Source of the DNA: an uncultured delta proteobacterium
Lineage (GTDB): Bacteria > Desulfobacterota > Binatia > UBA9968
Assembly (NCBI GenBank): GCA_963840855.1
Contig: CAWJBB010000079.1
Coordinates: 141,487-205,486, forward strand
Length of the DNA: 64,000 nucleotides
Reading direction: 5' to 3'
The translations under genes were made by a program, and so were the position numbers. The notes beneath the pieces are model-generated. The model searched no databases, was not told the DNA's origin, and saw only the letters and a list, made by a program, of their open reading frames with translations. Shown piece by piece: positions 29,102-39,139 of this stretch; the stretch's first letter is position 1, and each line of letters begins with the position of its first letter.

Positions 29102-30937
29102 CTACTTACTTGCCGCCCTTTCATAAACCGTCTTGCCGCCCACGATGGTCAGATCGACCAGCAACTCGTCGATCTTGTCCTCCGCGACGGACATGTAATC
29201 GCCGTTGAATACCACCAGGTCGGCATATTTGCCGCGCTCGATGGAACCCAGCATCTTCTCCTCGCCGATGAATTTCGCCGCATTATACGTCGTCATCAAC
29301 AAAGCCTGTTTCCTATCGATGGCTTGATTCTTACCCCACACCCGCCCTTCGCGGGCGCTGCGCGTGCTTTTATCCGTCCGGGTCACGAACCGCTCGATCC
29401 TCCAGACCGGCGGCTCATCCGGCTTACCGCCCTCGATGTGGACATTCACCCCGGCATTGATCAAGTCCTTGACCGGCTGCATGGAATGCATCTGCTCGCC
29501 GTACTGCGCGAAGAGCATCTCTTCGCCCCGCACGACGCGCTGGCTGAAAATCTCGGAATTCAACCCGAATGCCAATCCGTCGCCGAGCTGCTTGGACAGG
29601 GCGAGCGATTTCGCATCCCAGATCAAGTTGTGATCGAGCGCGTTGCGCCCGAGCATGGTGTGCACCTTGATCTCAGGTTGCTTCTCGGCGTCCGCCAGAC
29701 TTTCCAGCACGATTGTCGTCGCGCCGCTGCCCATATTGTGGTTACCGCTGATATTCCAGCCGTGTTTGCGCAGGAGTTGTAGAGTCGTCCATTCGGTATC
29801 GCGTTTCTCTGCGTCGTTAAGATCGCGCCACTGCTTGCCGGTCCATTCCGGCCCCGTCCATTTGTTGCGTCCGTAGAGCCCGCCCTTGACCTCGGCATGA
29901 GCGGCCCGCTTGGGCTCGTTGGTCATGATGCCGCCATCATCCGACGCGCCGTCCACCGGTCCCACCGCGGCGCCAACGATTCTTACCATGTCATCGCCGA
30001 GTCTAAAGTTCACCAGGTTGGGAGTACGCCGCAGAATCTGGTCGGCCATGGGATTTTGCCGCGCGAAATCTAAGGTAGGGCGGATACGCATCTTGAGGCG
30101 GTCGTGATGGAACATCTGGCTAACGATGGTCACCGTGTAGCCGCTCGCATGACCGGTGATCGTCGTCACCCCGACCCTGAGAAATTGGTCGATGATTTCC
30201 GCCTGCTCCTTGAAGATCTCTTCGGTGAGCTCCGGCCAGTCGCGCAGGTTCCAGCCGATAAATCCCAGGGCCTGACTGAAGAGCTGGCCGGTGGGATTGC
30301 CGTTCGCATCCTTGACGACTTGAAAGTGCTCTTTGCGCATTCCCGCGGCGAACGCCTTCTCCAACATGAGCGTGTTGACGACTCCCTCTGAGCTGGAAAG
30401 CGACAGCATCAGAGGATTATTGGGCGCGAGCTTGTCCAGGTCCCTGGCCGTCAGTTTCGACAGATCGCTGACGAATTCGTCCGCCATGCGGACGTATACG
30501 CTCGAGCCGGGCTTTGCCTGCGAAACCAGATTGCCGACCTGAGTCAACATCTCGGGGACGTTCTTGCCTCGAACCCTCCTGCCAACTTTTCCATTGACCA
30601 TGGTGTCCTTATAGAGATCGCCGCCCGCAAAGGCATTGTCGCCGTCGCTGTCGATGAATCCTGGGACGACGCTTCTCCCTCTGAGATCGACGCGGCGCGT
30701 GTCCGGCCCCGCGAGCCTCATCATTTCAGCGCTGCTCCCCACCGCGAGAATCTTTCCGTCCCGCACCGCCACCGCCTCGGCGACGGTGAAATTCTTGTCA
30801 GCGGTGAGCACTTTGCCGTTGTGCAAAATCAAATCGGCGTAGCGGATCAGCTCCGGCGGCAGCGTCTGAGTGACGCCCTGGCCTGCGAGCATCAACAAGA
30901 AAAACCAGCCCGGATAAGCGGATAAAATTGTTCTCAT
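29102..30937 (-). CDS. Exported divergent amidohydrolase-3 AH6 (HxH replaced by DxD, Cys-free)
   Basis: HNGKVLT, PGFIDSDGD, GVTT, HNMGS, LDHN, GSIERGKYAD, TIVGGK. Confidence 0.87.
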   Translation of the reverse strand: MRTILSAYPGWFFLLMLAGQGVTQTLPPELIRYADLILHNGKVLTADKNFTVAEAVAVRDGKILAVGSSAEMMRLAGPDTRRVDLRGRSVVPGFIDSDGDNAFAGGDLYKDTMVNGKVGRRVRGKNVPEMLTQVGNLVSQAKPGSSVYVRMADEFVSDLSKLTARDLDKLAPNNPLMLSLSSSEGVVNTLMLEKAFAAGMRKEHFQVVKDANGNPTGQLFSQALGFIGWNLRDWPELTEEIFKEQAEIIDQFLRVGVTTITGHASGYTVTIVSQMFHHDRLKMRIRPTLDFARQNPMADQILRRTPNLVNFRLGDDMVRIVGAAVGPVDGASDDGGIMTNEPKRAAHAEVKGGLYGRNKWTGPEWTGKQWRDLNDAEKRDTEWTTLQLLRKHGWNISGNHNMGSGATTIVLESLADAEKQPEIKVHTMLGRNALDHNLIWDAKSLALSKQLGDGLAFGLNSEIFSQRVVRGEEMLFAQYGEQMHSMQPVKDLINAGVNVHIEGGKPDEPPVWRIERFVTRTDKSTRSAREGRVWGKNQAIDRKQALLMTTYNAAKFIGEEKMLGSIERGKYADLVVFNGDYMSVAEDKIDELLVDLTIVGGKTVYERAASK

Positions 30938-30953
30938 GAGCGACCTCCTTAAA

Positions 30954-30973
30954 AATACGACTAAAGTCGTATT
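30954..30973. promoter_or_regulatory. Palindrome AATACGAC-TAAA-GTCGTATT in the divergent AH6/porin intergenic region; candidate operator
   Basis: Perfect 8-bp inverted repeat; a copy with a 1-nt deletion lies at 32827..32845. Confidence 0.45.
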
Positions 30974-31058
30974 GCTTTTCGTCGAGATTTAGGCGAGAAA
31001 TACGCCCAATTCACAAAGATTACCAGGGAAAACAATAAACGCTTTAAGGGGGTCAAGG

Positions 31059-32612
31059 ATGGAAATACGACGTGGATTTTTCCTGACGATTGGAGTGGCG
31101 TTCTTCGCGTCGCTCTTAATGGTGACGCCTGCATCGGCGGCCAACGACGAGATTGAAGCGCAGATCAAAGCTTTGGAGCAGGAGGTCTCGAAGATCGAGC
31201 CGCTCAAAGACCAGATCGAGCGGCTCAGGTCGCAGCAGATAGAATTGAAGAAAGACGCAACCGCGGCGGCGGCTGCTTTGCCGGCGTTTGAATACCGCCC
31301 GGGCCGCGGCTTGACGATTACCGCCGCGGACAAGAGCTGGTCGTTTAATACGACTTACCGGCTCAACATGTACTTGTACAATATTCTCCAGGGGAAGCCG
31401 AATTTCTCCGCAGCGATGGCGATCAAATAAATACTGGCGCCACGCAAGGGGAGATTTTCCCCCGCCGCAACCGTTTGTACTTTTCGTATTGCTGGTCGGA
31501 CTGCTTTCTCCAGGCGGATGTCACCTTCGACGGTGAGACCGCCCCACGCGCAAGTTTCCTGGCGCGACAGCGAACTCTGGTTTCGCTTCGACCAGTTCAA
31601 CGAGTACCTGCCCTATTTTTCCGTAGGTCTGCGCCGGGGCGCCGGTAGAACCCACATAGGGAGAAGCTCCGACAACGACGGGAAGATGGAACATAGCATA
31701 ATCGTCGACGGCTTTGCCTGGGGCGGCGACGGCTCCCATGCCGGTGCGGGTATAGGTTGGGAGGGGATAGATATTGGCCCGAGTAAATTCGAACTCTACG
31801 TCAACTAGGCGACGAGCAGGCAGGGCACGCACCAGGAATTCGTCAATGACGACCGCAAGGGGCTTATGACGTTTCTTGGGGTCAGGCCCTTTGCCAACAT
31901 GAAGAACAAGTGGATTGAAGGGCTTGATATTGGCTTCGGCTACCAGGCCCAGTCGCAAAATTCGCCGTTTAACATGCAAGGCGCCGATGGCGTTAGCGAG
32001 ATCCGGGTCCGCAACGCCGAGCGGCGTGGCCGCTTCGATTTGTTTAGGCCGGCGGTTGAGCTATGTCCACCCGGCGAAGACAACTGTGATCAGAACTTCG
32101 GTGGCGGCTGGAGTTATGTGATAATCCCCGGCCTCCAGTAGAAGATCGGCCCCTACATGTTCCGGGCCGTTTGGGTGAAAACCCAGTACAGGGGCAAGGA
32201 TGATACCTTGCGAGGCATTGAGGGAAGGGGCTGGACCGTCGACCATCAGGTCTTCCTGTGGAGCCCGAAGGGTTTCTTCACCGGCAGTCAGACCACGCCG
32301 AACTCGATCATGTTCTCCTTTGGCTTTGAGCGCGGCGATATGGAATGCGGCGAGGGCTGCGATGCCTCGCCGGGCGCGGGTTCATTCCACTCCAATACCG
32401 TGTTAAACCGGGAAGCAGCACTGTGGTACTGGGTCCGGCCGAGCTTTGGCATAGGCACGTGGTTTCATTACTGGACAACGGCCAATACGCCCGTGCGGAC
32501 TCAGGTAGGAACTGGCTGCAAGAACAATATTGCTGATGCTGAAGCCGGGAGTGGCGCGGCCAGGAAATGCAGTTTTACCAGCGCGAAATTCGGTATACGC
32601 TACCGCTGGTAA
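31059..32612 (+). pseudogene. Outer-membrane beta-barrel porin-like gene (OprO/P-like architecture), copy 1, with frameshifts and two in-frame TAGs
   Basis: Signal ASA|AN, coiled coil, aromatic beta-strand pattern, terminal GIRYRW; TAG at 31806 and 32139 where copy 2 has TTG and TAC. Confidence 0.7.
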
Positions 32613-32631
32613 CAGAAAACGCAAGAAGAGC

Positions 32632-32665
32632 AAAAAAGGGCGCGAGAATCTCGCGCCCTTTTTTT
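32632..32665 (+). terminator. Intrinsic terminator after porin copy 1
   Basis: AAAAAAGGGCGCGAG-AAT-CTCGCGCCCTTTTTTT. Confidence 0.88.
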
Positions 32666-32931
32666 GATGGTTCTGATCTCCCCTAGTCTGAATTAATCGC
32701 AGCTTTAGAAATGATCCGCCTAGAAGACGATTGTGCAACATAGCTAAGAGCTTCGATAAGTCTGATACGGATAAAAAATAGAGGTAAATAGTATGAAAAT
32801 GGTATGTTTTTGATATTAGTGAGAAAAATACACTAAAGTCGTATTGCTTTTGGTGGAGATTTAGGCGAGAAATACGCCCATTCACAAAGATTACCAGGGA
32901 AAAACAATAAACGCTTTAAGGGGGGTCAAGG

Positions 32932-34485
32932 ATGGAAATACGACGTGGACTTTTCCTTACGATTGGAGCGGCGTTCTTCGCGTCGCTCTTAATGGTGACG
33001 CCTGCATCGGCGGCCAACGACGAGATTGAAGCGCAGATCAAAGCTCTGGAGCAGGAGGTCTCGAAGATTGAGCCGCTCAAAGACCAGATCGAGCGCCTCA
33101 GGTCGCAGCAGATAGAATTGAAGAAAGACGCAACCGCGGCGGCGGCTGCTTTGCCGGAGTTTAGTTACCGCCCGGGCCGCGGCTTGACGATTACCGCCGC
33201 GGATAAGAGCTGGTCGTTTAATACGACTTACCGGCTCAACATGTACATGTACAATATTCTCCAGGGGAAGCCGAATTTCTCCCAGGATGGCGATCAAATA
33301 AGTACTGGCGCCACGCAAGGGGAGATTTTCCCCCGCCGCAACCGTTTGTACTTTACGTTTTGCTGGTCGGACTGCTTTATCCAGGCGGATGTCACCTTCG
33401 ACGGTGAGAGCGCCCCACGCGCAACTTCCTGGCGCGACAGCGAACTCATGTTTCGCTTCGACCAGTTCAACGAGTACCTGCCCTATTTTTCCGTAGGTCT
33501 GCGCCGGGGCGCCGGTAGAACCCACATAGGGAGAAGCTCCGACAACGACGGGAAGATGGAACATAGCATAATCGTCGACGGCTTTGCCTGGGGCGGCGAC
33601 GGCTCCCATGCCGGCGCAGGTATCGGTTGGGAGGAGATAGATGTTGGCCCGAGTAAATTCGAGGCCTACATCAACTTGGCCACGAGTAGACAGGGCACGC
33701 ACCAGGAATTCGTCAATGACGACCGCAAGGGGCTCATGACGTTTTTTGGGGTCAAGCCCTTTGCCAACATCAAGAACAAGTGGATTGAAGGGCTTGATAT
33801 TGGCGTCGGCTACCAGGCCCAGTCGCAAAATTCGCCGTTTAACATGCAGGGCGCCGATGGCGTTAGCGAGATCCGGGTCCGCAACGCCGAGCGGCGTGGC
33901 CGCTTCGAGATGTTTAGGCCGGAGGTTGAGCAATGTCCACCACCGCGACAGACGGCTGTGATCAGAACTTCGGTAGCGGCTGGAGTTATGTGATAATCCC
34001 CGGCCTCCAGTACAAGGTCGGCCCCTACATGTTCCGGGCCGTTGGGGTGAAAACACATGTACCGGGGCAAGGATGATGGTTTGCGAGGCATTGAAGCAAC
34101 GGGCTGGACCATCGATCATCAGGTCTTCCTGTGGAGCCCGAAGGGTTTCTTCACCGGCAGTCAGACCACGCCGAACTCGATCATGTTCTCCTTTGGCTTT
34201 GAGCGCGGCGATATGAAATGCGGCGAGGGTTGCGATGCCTCGCCGAGCACGGGTTCATTCAACTCCAATACCGTGTTAAACCGGGAAGCAGCACTGTGGT
34301 ACTGGGTCAAGCCGAGCTTTGGCATAGGCACGTGGTTTCATTACTGGACAATGGCCAATACGCCCGTGCGGACTCAGGTAGGAACTGGCTGCAAGAGCAA
34401 TATTGCTGCTGCTGAAGCCGGGAGTGGCGCGGGCAGGAGTTGCAGTTTTAGCAGCGCGAACCTCGGTGTACGGTTCCGCTGGTAA
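32932..34485 (+). CDS. Outer-membrane beta-barrel porin-like protein, copy 2, frameshifts near 33940 and 34045
   Basis: Joins ORFs 32932..33993 and 34057..34485; terminal GVRFRW; Cys-containing loops. Confidence 0.7.
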
Positions 34486-34505
34486 TAGAAAAAGCAAGAA
34501 GAGCG

Positions 34506-34539
34506 AAAAAGGGCGCGAGATTCTCGCGCCCTTTTTTTT
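34506..34539 (+). terminator. Intrinsic terminator after porin copy 2
   Basis: AAAAAGGGCGCGAGA-TT-CTCGCGCCCTTTTTTTT. Confidence 0.88.
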
Positions 34540-34979
34540 GCGCGACGCTTCTAGTGTCCTGACCCAGAAGTTCGCAAAAGAAGTCAGAGGGGGCCTTCTG
34601 ACCGTCATGCCCGCCCTTCGGCTGGGCTCAGGACAAGCTCCGGGTAGCTTGTAGGGGCGGGTTTCAAACCCGCCCTTACCCTGGATTCCGGGTCGCGCTA
34701 GCTATCGCCAGCTCGCCCGGAATGACGTCCAGAATCAAAGACTACCCTGTCGATTCCTCTCCGAACAACGACACGCGAAGCGCTGAGTTAAACACATCTG
34801 AAAGTTGGCTCATGACGACAAGATTGTGTGGTAGTCGCACGAGCCTAAACTTCAGTCCTCTCACAGAGAAGAAGCAAAACAAGCTAGGGGCGGGTTTCAA
34901 ACCCGCCCCTGCAAGATGATGGCCGTGTCCAGAGGTGTCGTGAATGGATGGTCGTTAAAAACTAGAATGCGCCCGGGGC

Positions 34980-35654
34980 TTAGGTGCTCTTGTCATCGCC
35001 CTTCGCCGAATCTCTCCGCTCTCTGCGCAGCTGCTCTCTTACCGCATCGGCTTCCCGTTCAACTTCCATGCCGACGAGTTCAACGCTGGCGATAAGGTCG
35101 GTCCAGTTGATTTCCTTGCCTTGAGTAGTGGCAAGATCTTTTTCAATCCGCGAACGGATGATTCTCCCGGGGTCCCAGTACGCGCCATACAAAGAATAGT
35201 ATTGCATGTAGTCGATCCAGCCTCCCAGTCCGCTAAGTCCGGTCTGGATCTCTTTCAGACCCCTTTGGCGATCGCCATCTTGGGATAATGCCAGGCCGAG
35301 ATAAAGCGGCGCCAGGGAGTCTTCAGGGTAACGCGTGCGCGCTTGCTCCAGGGCCTTGCGCGCCGCGGGGTAGTCTCCGCCGGCGTAATAAGCGCGCCCC
35401 ACATAGGTCCACACGCCTTCTTTCATGAGGCCATGTTGAACCTTGGCGTTGGGGTCGATCTCCGCGGCACGCTCGAAGTGAGCCAGAGCGCGCTTGGCAT
35501 CGCCGCGCATCAGGGCATATCGACCTGGCTGCAGCTCGCCGCTCGCTCGAATAGCGGTACAGCCGGAGAGGAACATGGCTAGAGGCAAAATGAAACCCGC
35601 AACATGAAAAATATTGACTTTGGCGATTCGCGATTTGAAATCTGCGATCTTCAT
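34980..35654 (-). CDS. TPR lipoprotein, family A copy 1
   Basis: Lipobox FLSG-C, TPR WTYVGRAYY-GDYPAARKALEQA, YWDPG motif. Confidence 0.8.
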   Translation of the reverse strand: MKIADFKSRIAKVNIFHVAGFILPLAMFLSGCTAIRASGELQPGRYALMRGDAKRALAHFERAAEIDPNAKVQHGLMKEGVWTYVGRAYYAGGDYPAARKALEQARTRYPEDSLAPLYLGLALSQDGDRQRGLKEIQTGLSGLGGWIDYMQYYSLYGAYWDPGRIIRSRIEKDLATTQGKEINWTDLIASVELVGMEVEREADAVREQLRRERRDSAKGDDKST

Positions 35655-35742
35655 GGTCCGTTTTTCCTCCTTGTGATCTGAAGCCTATAACATAAACAGT
35701 TTCATGGCAAATTCTATTCCCGTTTCACATCTTTCCCAAGAT

Positions 35743-35771
35743 TTGACACTCCCCGAGCCATTGGTTATCGT
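35743..35771 (+). promoter_or_regulatory. sigma70-like promoter of TPR family B (copy at 38385..38413)
   Basis: TTGACA-17 nt-TATCGT, conserved in both repeat units. Confidence 0.55.
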
Positions 35772-35864
35772 TCTTTATCTCAATCAACCATACGTTGCGG
35801 ACGATATCCGTGGATTGCTCCACGGCTAATTTCAATAAAACCTATACGGATTGGCGGAAAGGAT

Positions 35865-36494
35865 ATGACAAATTTCCACGATAGCCGCTTGCCGGTTGTA
35901 AGTCTCTTACTATTTACCCTGGGCTGGCAGTTTGTATCCGCTTGCTCCAAGCCCGATTGGTTCGTCGGCCGCAGCGGCCAATACAACGAGGGAAAGTACG
36001 AGATCATCCGCCGGGTGGGCGGCAACATGGACAAGGCCATCAATAACTTCGAAGCCATCGCAAGCGAAGACCCTGCATACCGGGACACTCTGACCCTTTT
36101 GGGTAGGGCTTATTATAAGAAGGGCCGCTACCCGGATGCTCATTTGATCTTGCAAAGAGCCGTGAGGCTCAGAAATGATGATGAGATTGCCTGGTTGATA
36201 TTCGGCATAACCCAGCTGCGCCTGGGGGACAATGACCGGGGGCTGGAGAGCGTGCGCGGCGGCCTCACCCTCTTTGCCAGAGCCACCGCCGATAACAAAT
36301 ATCGCGGCTGGGATGTATGGGATCCCGCTGGCAAGGTCAAAATCGCCGGGCGCCGAGCGGTCTTCATCGCCCTCAAGGGACTCGAGGAGAAAGATGATTT
36401 GATCAGGAGCGTGGAAAATGTTCTCTCGGCTGTCGAGGACGAGGAATTTCATCAAATCTTTGAAAAGACCCAGCAGCAAAGGCAGTTCGAATAG
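35865..36494 (+). CDS. TPR lipoprotein, family B copy 1
   Basis: Lipobox FVSA-C, TPR LTLLGRAYYKKGRY, WDPAG motif. Confidence 0.8.
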   Translation: MTNFHDSRLPVVSLLLFTLGWQFVSACSKPDWFVGRSGQYNEGKYEIIRRVGGNMDKAINNFEAIASEDPAYRDTLTLLGRAYYKKGRYPDAHLILQRAVRLRNDDEIAWLIFGITQLRLGDNDRGLESVRGGLTLFARATADNKYRGWDVWDPAGKVKIAGRRAVFIALKGLEEKDDLIRSVENVLSAVEDEEFHQIFEKTQQQRQFE

Positions 36495-36622
36495 CGCCGG
36501 TGAGCTGTAACAATTGATTCGCGTCTACCTTCGACAAGCTCAGGGTGAACGGTCAAGGCACGCGACTTAAGCAACCCTTGGCGTGAATGGATGGTCGATA
36601 AAAACTAGAATGCGCCCGGGGC

Positions 36623-37297
36623 TTAGTTGCGCCCGTCATCGCCCCTCGCCGAATCTCTCCGGTCTCTGAGCACCTCTTTTCTTACCGCAGCGGCTTCCCG
36701 TTCAACTTCCATGCCGACGATTTCAACGCTGGCGAGAAGGTCGCGCCAGTTGATTTCCTTGCCTTGAGTAACGGCAAGATCTTTTTCAATCCGCGAACGG
36801 ATGATCCTCCCGGGGTCCCAATACGCGCCATACAAAGTATAGTATTGCATGTAGTCGAGCGAGCTTCCCAGTCCGCTAAGTCCGGTCTGGATCTCCTTCA
36901 GACCCCTTTGGCGATCGCCATCTTGGGATAATGCCATGCCGAGATAGAGCGGCGCGAAGTAGTCTTCAGGGTAACGCGTGCGCGCTTGCTCCAGGGCCTT
37001 GCGCGCCGCGGGGTAGTCTCCGCCGGCGTAATAAGCGCGCCCCACATAGGTCCATACCCCCTCTTTCATGAGGCCATGTAGAACCCTGGCGTTGGGGTCG
37101 ATCTGGGCGGCACGCTCGAAGTGAGCCAGAGCGCGCTTGTCATCGCCGGCCATCAGGGCAAATCGTCCTGGCTGCAGATCGCCACTCGTTCGAATAGCGG
37201 TACAGCCGGAGAAGAACATGGCTAGAGGCAAAAGGTAAAATGCGATATTAAAGACTTTAACGTTGGCAAGCCGCGATTTGAGATTTAAGAACTTCAT
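36623..37297 (-). CDS. TPR lipoprotein, family A copy 2
   Basis: Lipobox FFSG-C; paralog of 34980..35654; GGAGG RBS before MKFLNLK. Confidence 0.8.
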   Translation of the reverse strand: MKFLNLKSRLANVKVFNIAFYLLPLAMFFSGCTAIRTSGDLQPGRFALMAGDDKRALAHFERAAQIDPNARVLHGLMKEGVWTYVGRAYYAGGDYPAARKALEQARTRYPEDYFAPLYLGMALSQDGDRQRGLKEIQTGLSGLGSSLDYMQYYTLYGAYWDPGRIIRSRIEKDLAVTQGKEINWRDLLASVEIVGMEVEREAAAVRKEVLRDRRDSARGDDGRN

Positions 37298-37623
37298 CTT
37301 CCGTTTTCCTCCTTTGATCAAAAGCCTATAACATAAACAGTTTCATGGCAAATTTCACACGGCCTGACGCTCAGGATAAACTCCGCCGAAGAATCTCGTC
37401 TTCGGAACACCTTGAATATGCGAGATGCTTCGCAGAGTTTATCCTGAGCTTTGCCGAAGGGCTCATGACTCAGCGCGCTTTCGCGGTTTGCGACACACAG
37501 TCTCAGAGCGAGAAGAAGCAAAACAAGCTAGGGGCGGGTTTCAAACCCGCCCCTGCAAGATGATAGCCGTGTCCAGAGGTGTCGTGAATGGATGGTCGTT
37601 AAAAACTAGAATGCGCCCGGGGC

Positions 37624-38298
37624 TTAGGTGCCATTGTCATCGCTCCTCGCCGAATCTCTCCGTATTCTGAGCACCTCCGCTTTTACCGCAGCGGCTTCCC
37701 GTTCAACTTCCATGCCGACGATTTCAACGCTGGCGAGAAGGTCGCGCCAGTCGATTTCCTTGCCTTGAGTAACGGCAAGATCTTTTTCAATCCGCGAACG
37801 GATGATCCTCCCGGGGTCCCAATACGCGCCATACAAAGTATAGTATTGCATGTAGTCGAGCGAGCTTCCCAGTCCGCTAAGTCCGGTCTGGATCTCCTTC
37901 AGACCCCTTTGGCGATCGCCATCTTGGGATAATGCCATGCCGAGATAGAGCGGCGCGAAGTAGTCGTCAGGGTAACGCGTGCGCGCTTGCTCCAGGGCCT
38001 TGCGCGCCGCGGGGTAGTCTCCGCCGGCGTAATAAGCGCGCCCCACATAGGTCCATACCCCCTCTTTCATGAGGCCATGTAGAACCCTGGCGTTGGGGTC
38101 GATCTGGGCGGCACGCTCGAAGTGAACCAGAGCGCGCTTGTCATTGCCGGCCATCAGGGCAAATCGTCCTGGCTGCAGCTCGCCACTCGTTCGAATAGCG
38201 GTACAGCCGGAGAAAAACATGGCTAGAGGCAAAAGGTAAAATGCGATATTAAAGACTTTAACGTTGGCAAGCCGCGATTTGAGATTTAAGAACTTCAT
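37624..38298 (-). CDS. TPR lipoprotein, family A copy 3
   Basis: Near-identical to copy 2 at offset 1001. Confidence 0.8.
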   Translation of the reverse strand: MKFLNLKSRLANVKVFNIAFYLLPLAMFFSGCTAIRTSGELQPGRFALMAGNDKRALVHFERAAQIDPNARVLHGLMKEGVWTYVGRAYYAGGDYPAARKALEQARTRYPDDYFAPLYLGMALSQDGDRQRGLKEIQTGLSGLGSSLDYMQYYTLYGAYWDPGRIIRSRIEKDLAVTQGKEIDWRDLLASVEIVGMEVEREAAAVKAEVLRIRRDSARSDDNGT

Positions 38299-38502
38299 CT
38301 TCCGTTTTCCTCCTTTGATCAAAACCCTATAACATAAACAGTTTCATGGCAAATTCTATTCCCGTTTCACATCTTTCCCAAGATTTGACACTCCCCGAGC
38401 CATTGGTTATCGTTCTTTATCTCAATCAACCATACGTTCCGGACGATATCCGTGGATTGCTCCACGGCTTTAGTAAAACCTATACGGATTGGCGGAAAGG
38501 AT

Positions 38503-39132
38503 ATGACAAATTTACACGATAGCCGCTTGCCGGTTGTAAGTCTCTTACTATTTATCCTGGGCTGGCAGTTTGTATCCGCTTGCTCCAGGCCCGCTTTGTT
38601 CGTCGGCCGCAGCGGCAAATATAAGGAGGGAAAGTACGAAATCATCCGCCGGGCGGGCGGCAACATGGACAAGGCCATCAATAACTTCGAAGCCATCGCA
38701 AGCGAAGACCCTAAATACCGGGACACACTGACCCTTTTGGGGAGGGCCTATTATAAGAAGGGCCGCTATAAGGATGCCTATTTGATCTTGCAAAGAGCGG
38801 TGGCGATCAAAAATGACGATGAGATTGCCTGGTTGATATTCGGCATAACCCAGCTGCGCCTGGGAGACAATGACCGGGGGCTGGAGAGCGTGCGCGGCGG
38901 CCTTACCCTCTTTGCCAAAGCCAGCGCCGATAGCAAATATCGAGGATATGATGTATGGGATCCCGGTGGCAAGGTCAAAATCGCCGGGCGCCGAGCGGTT
39001 TTCATCGCCCTCAAGGGACTCGAGGAGAAAGATAATTTGATCAGGAGCGTGGAAAGTGTTCTCTCGGCTGTCGAGGACGAGGAATTTCATCAACTCTTTG
39101 AAAAGAGGCTGGACAACAGGCAGTGGGAATAG
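38503..39132 (+). CDS. TPR lipoprotein, family B copy 2
   Basis: Paralog of 35865..36494; start MTNLHDS. Confidence 0.8.
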   Translation: MTNLHDSRLPVVSLLLFILGWQFVSACSRPALFVGRSGKYKEGKYEIIRRAGGNMDKAINNFEAIASEDPKYRDTLTLLGRAYYKKGRYKDAYLILQRAVAIKNDDEIAWLIFGITQLRLGDNDRGLESVRGGLTLFAKASADSKYRGYDVWDPGGKVKIAGRRAVFIALKGLEEKDNLIRSVESVLSAVEDEEFHQLFEKRLDNRQWE

Positions 39133-39139
39133 CGCCGGT

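Larger units (their letters stand above)
30951..34539. repeat. Tandem duplication of promoter-porin-terminator (30951..32665 vs 32824..34539)
   Basis: Collinear over ~1.7 kb including upstream region and terminator, with many substitutions. Confidence 0.92.

Noticed and set aside
26370-32141. Stop-codon recoding (in-frame TAA in AH5, two TAGs in porin 1)
   Set aside because: The TAGs align to different residues (Leu, Tyr) in the paralog, and TAG/TAA end normal genes here; better explained by mutation or error.
34866-39138. Diversity-generating retroelement or shufflon behind the TPR variants
   Set aside because: No reverse transcriptase or recombinase is in the window; whole genes are duplicated and differences are not adenine-specific.
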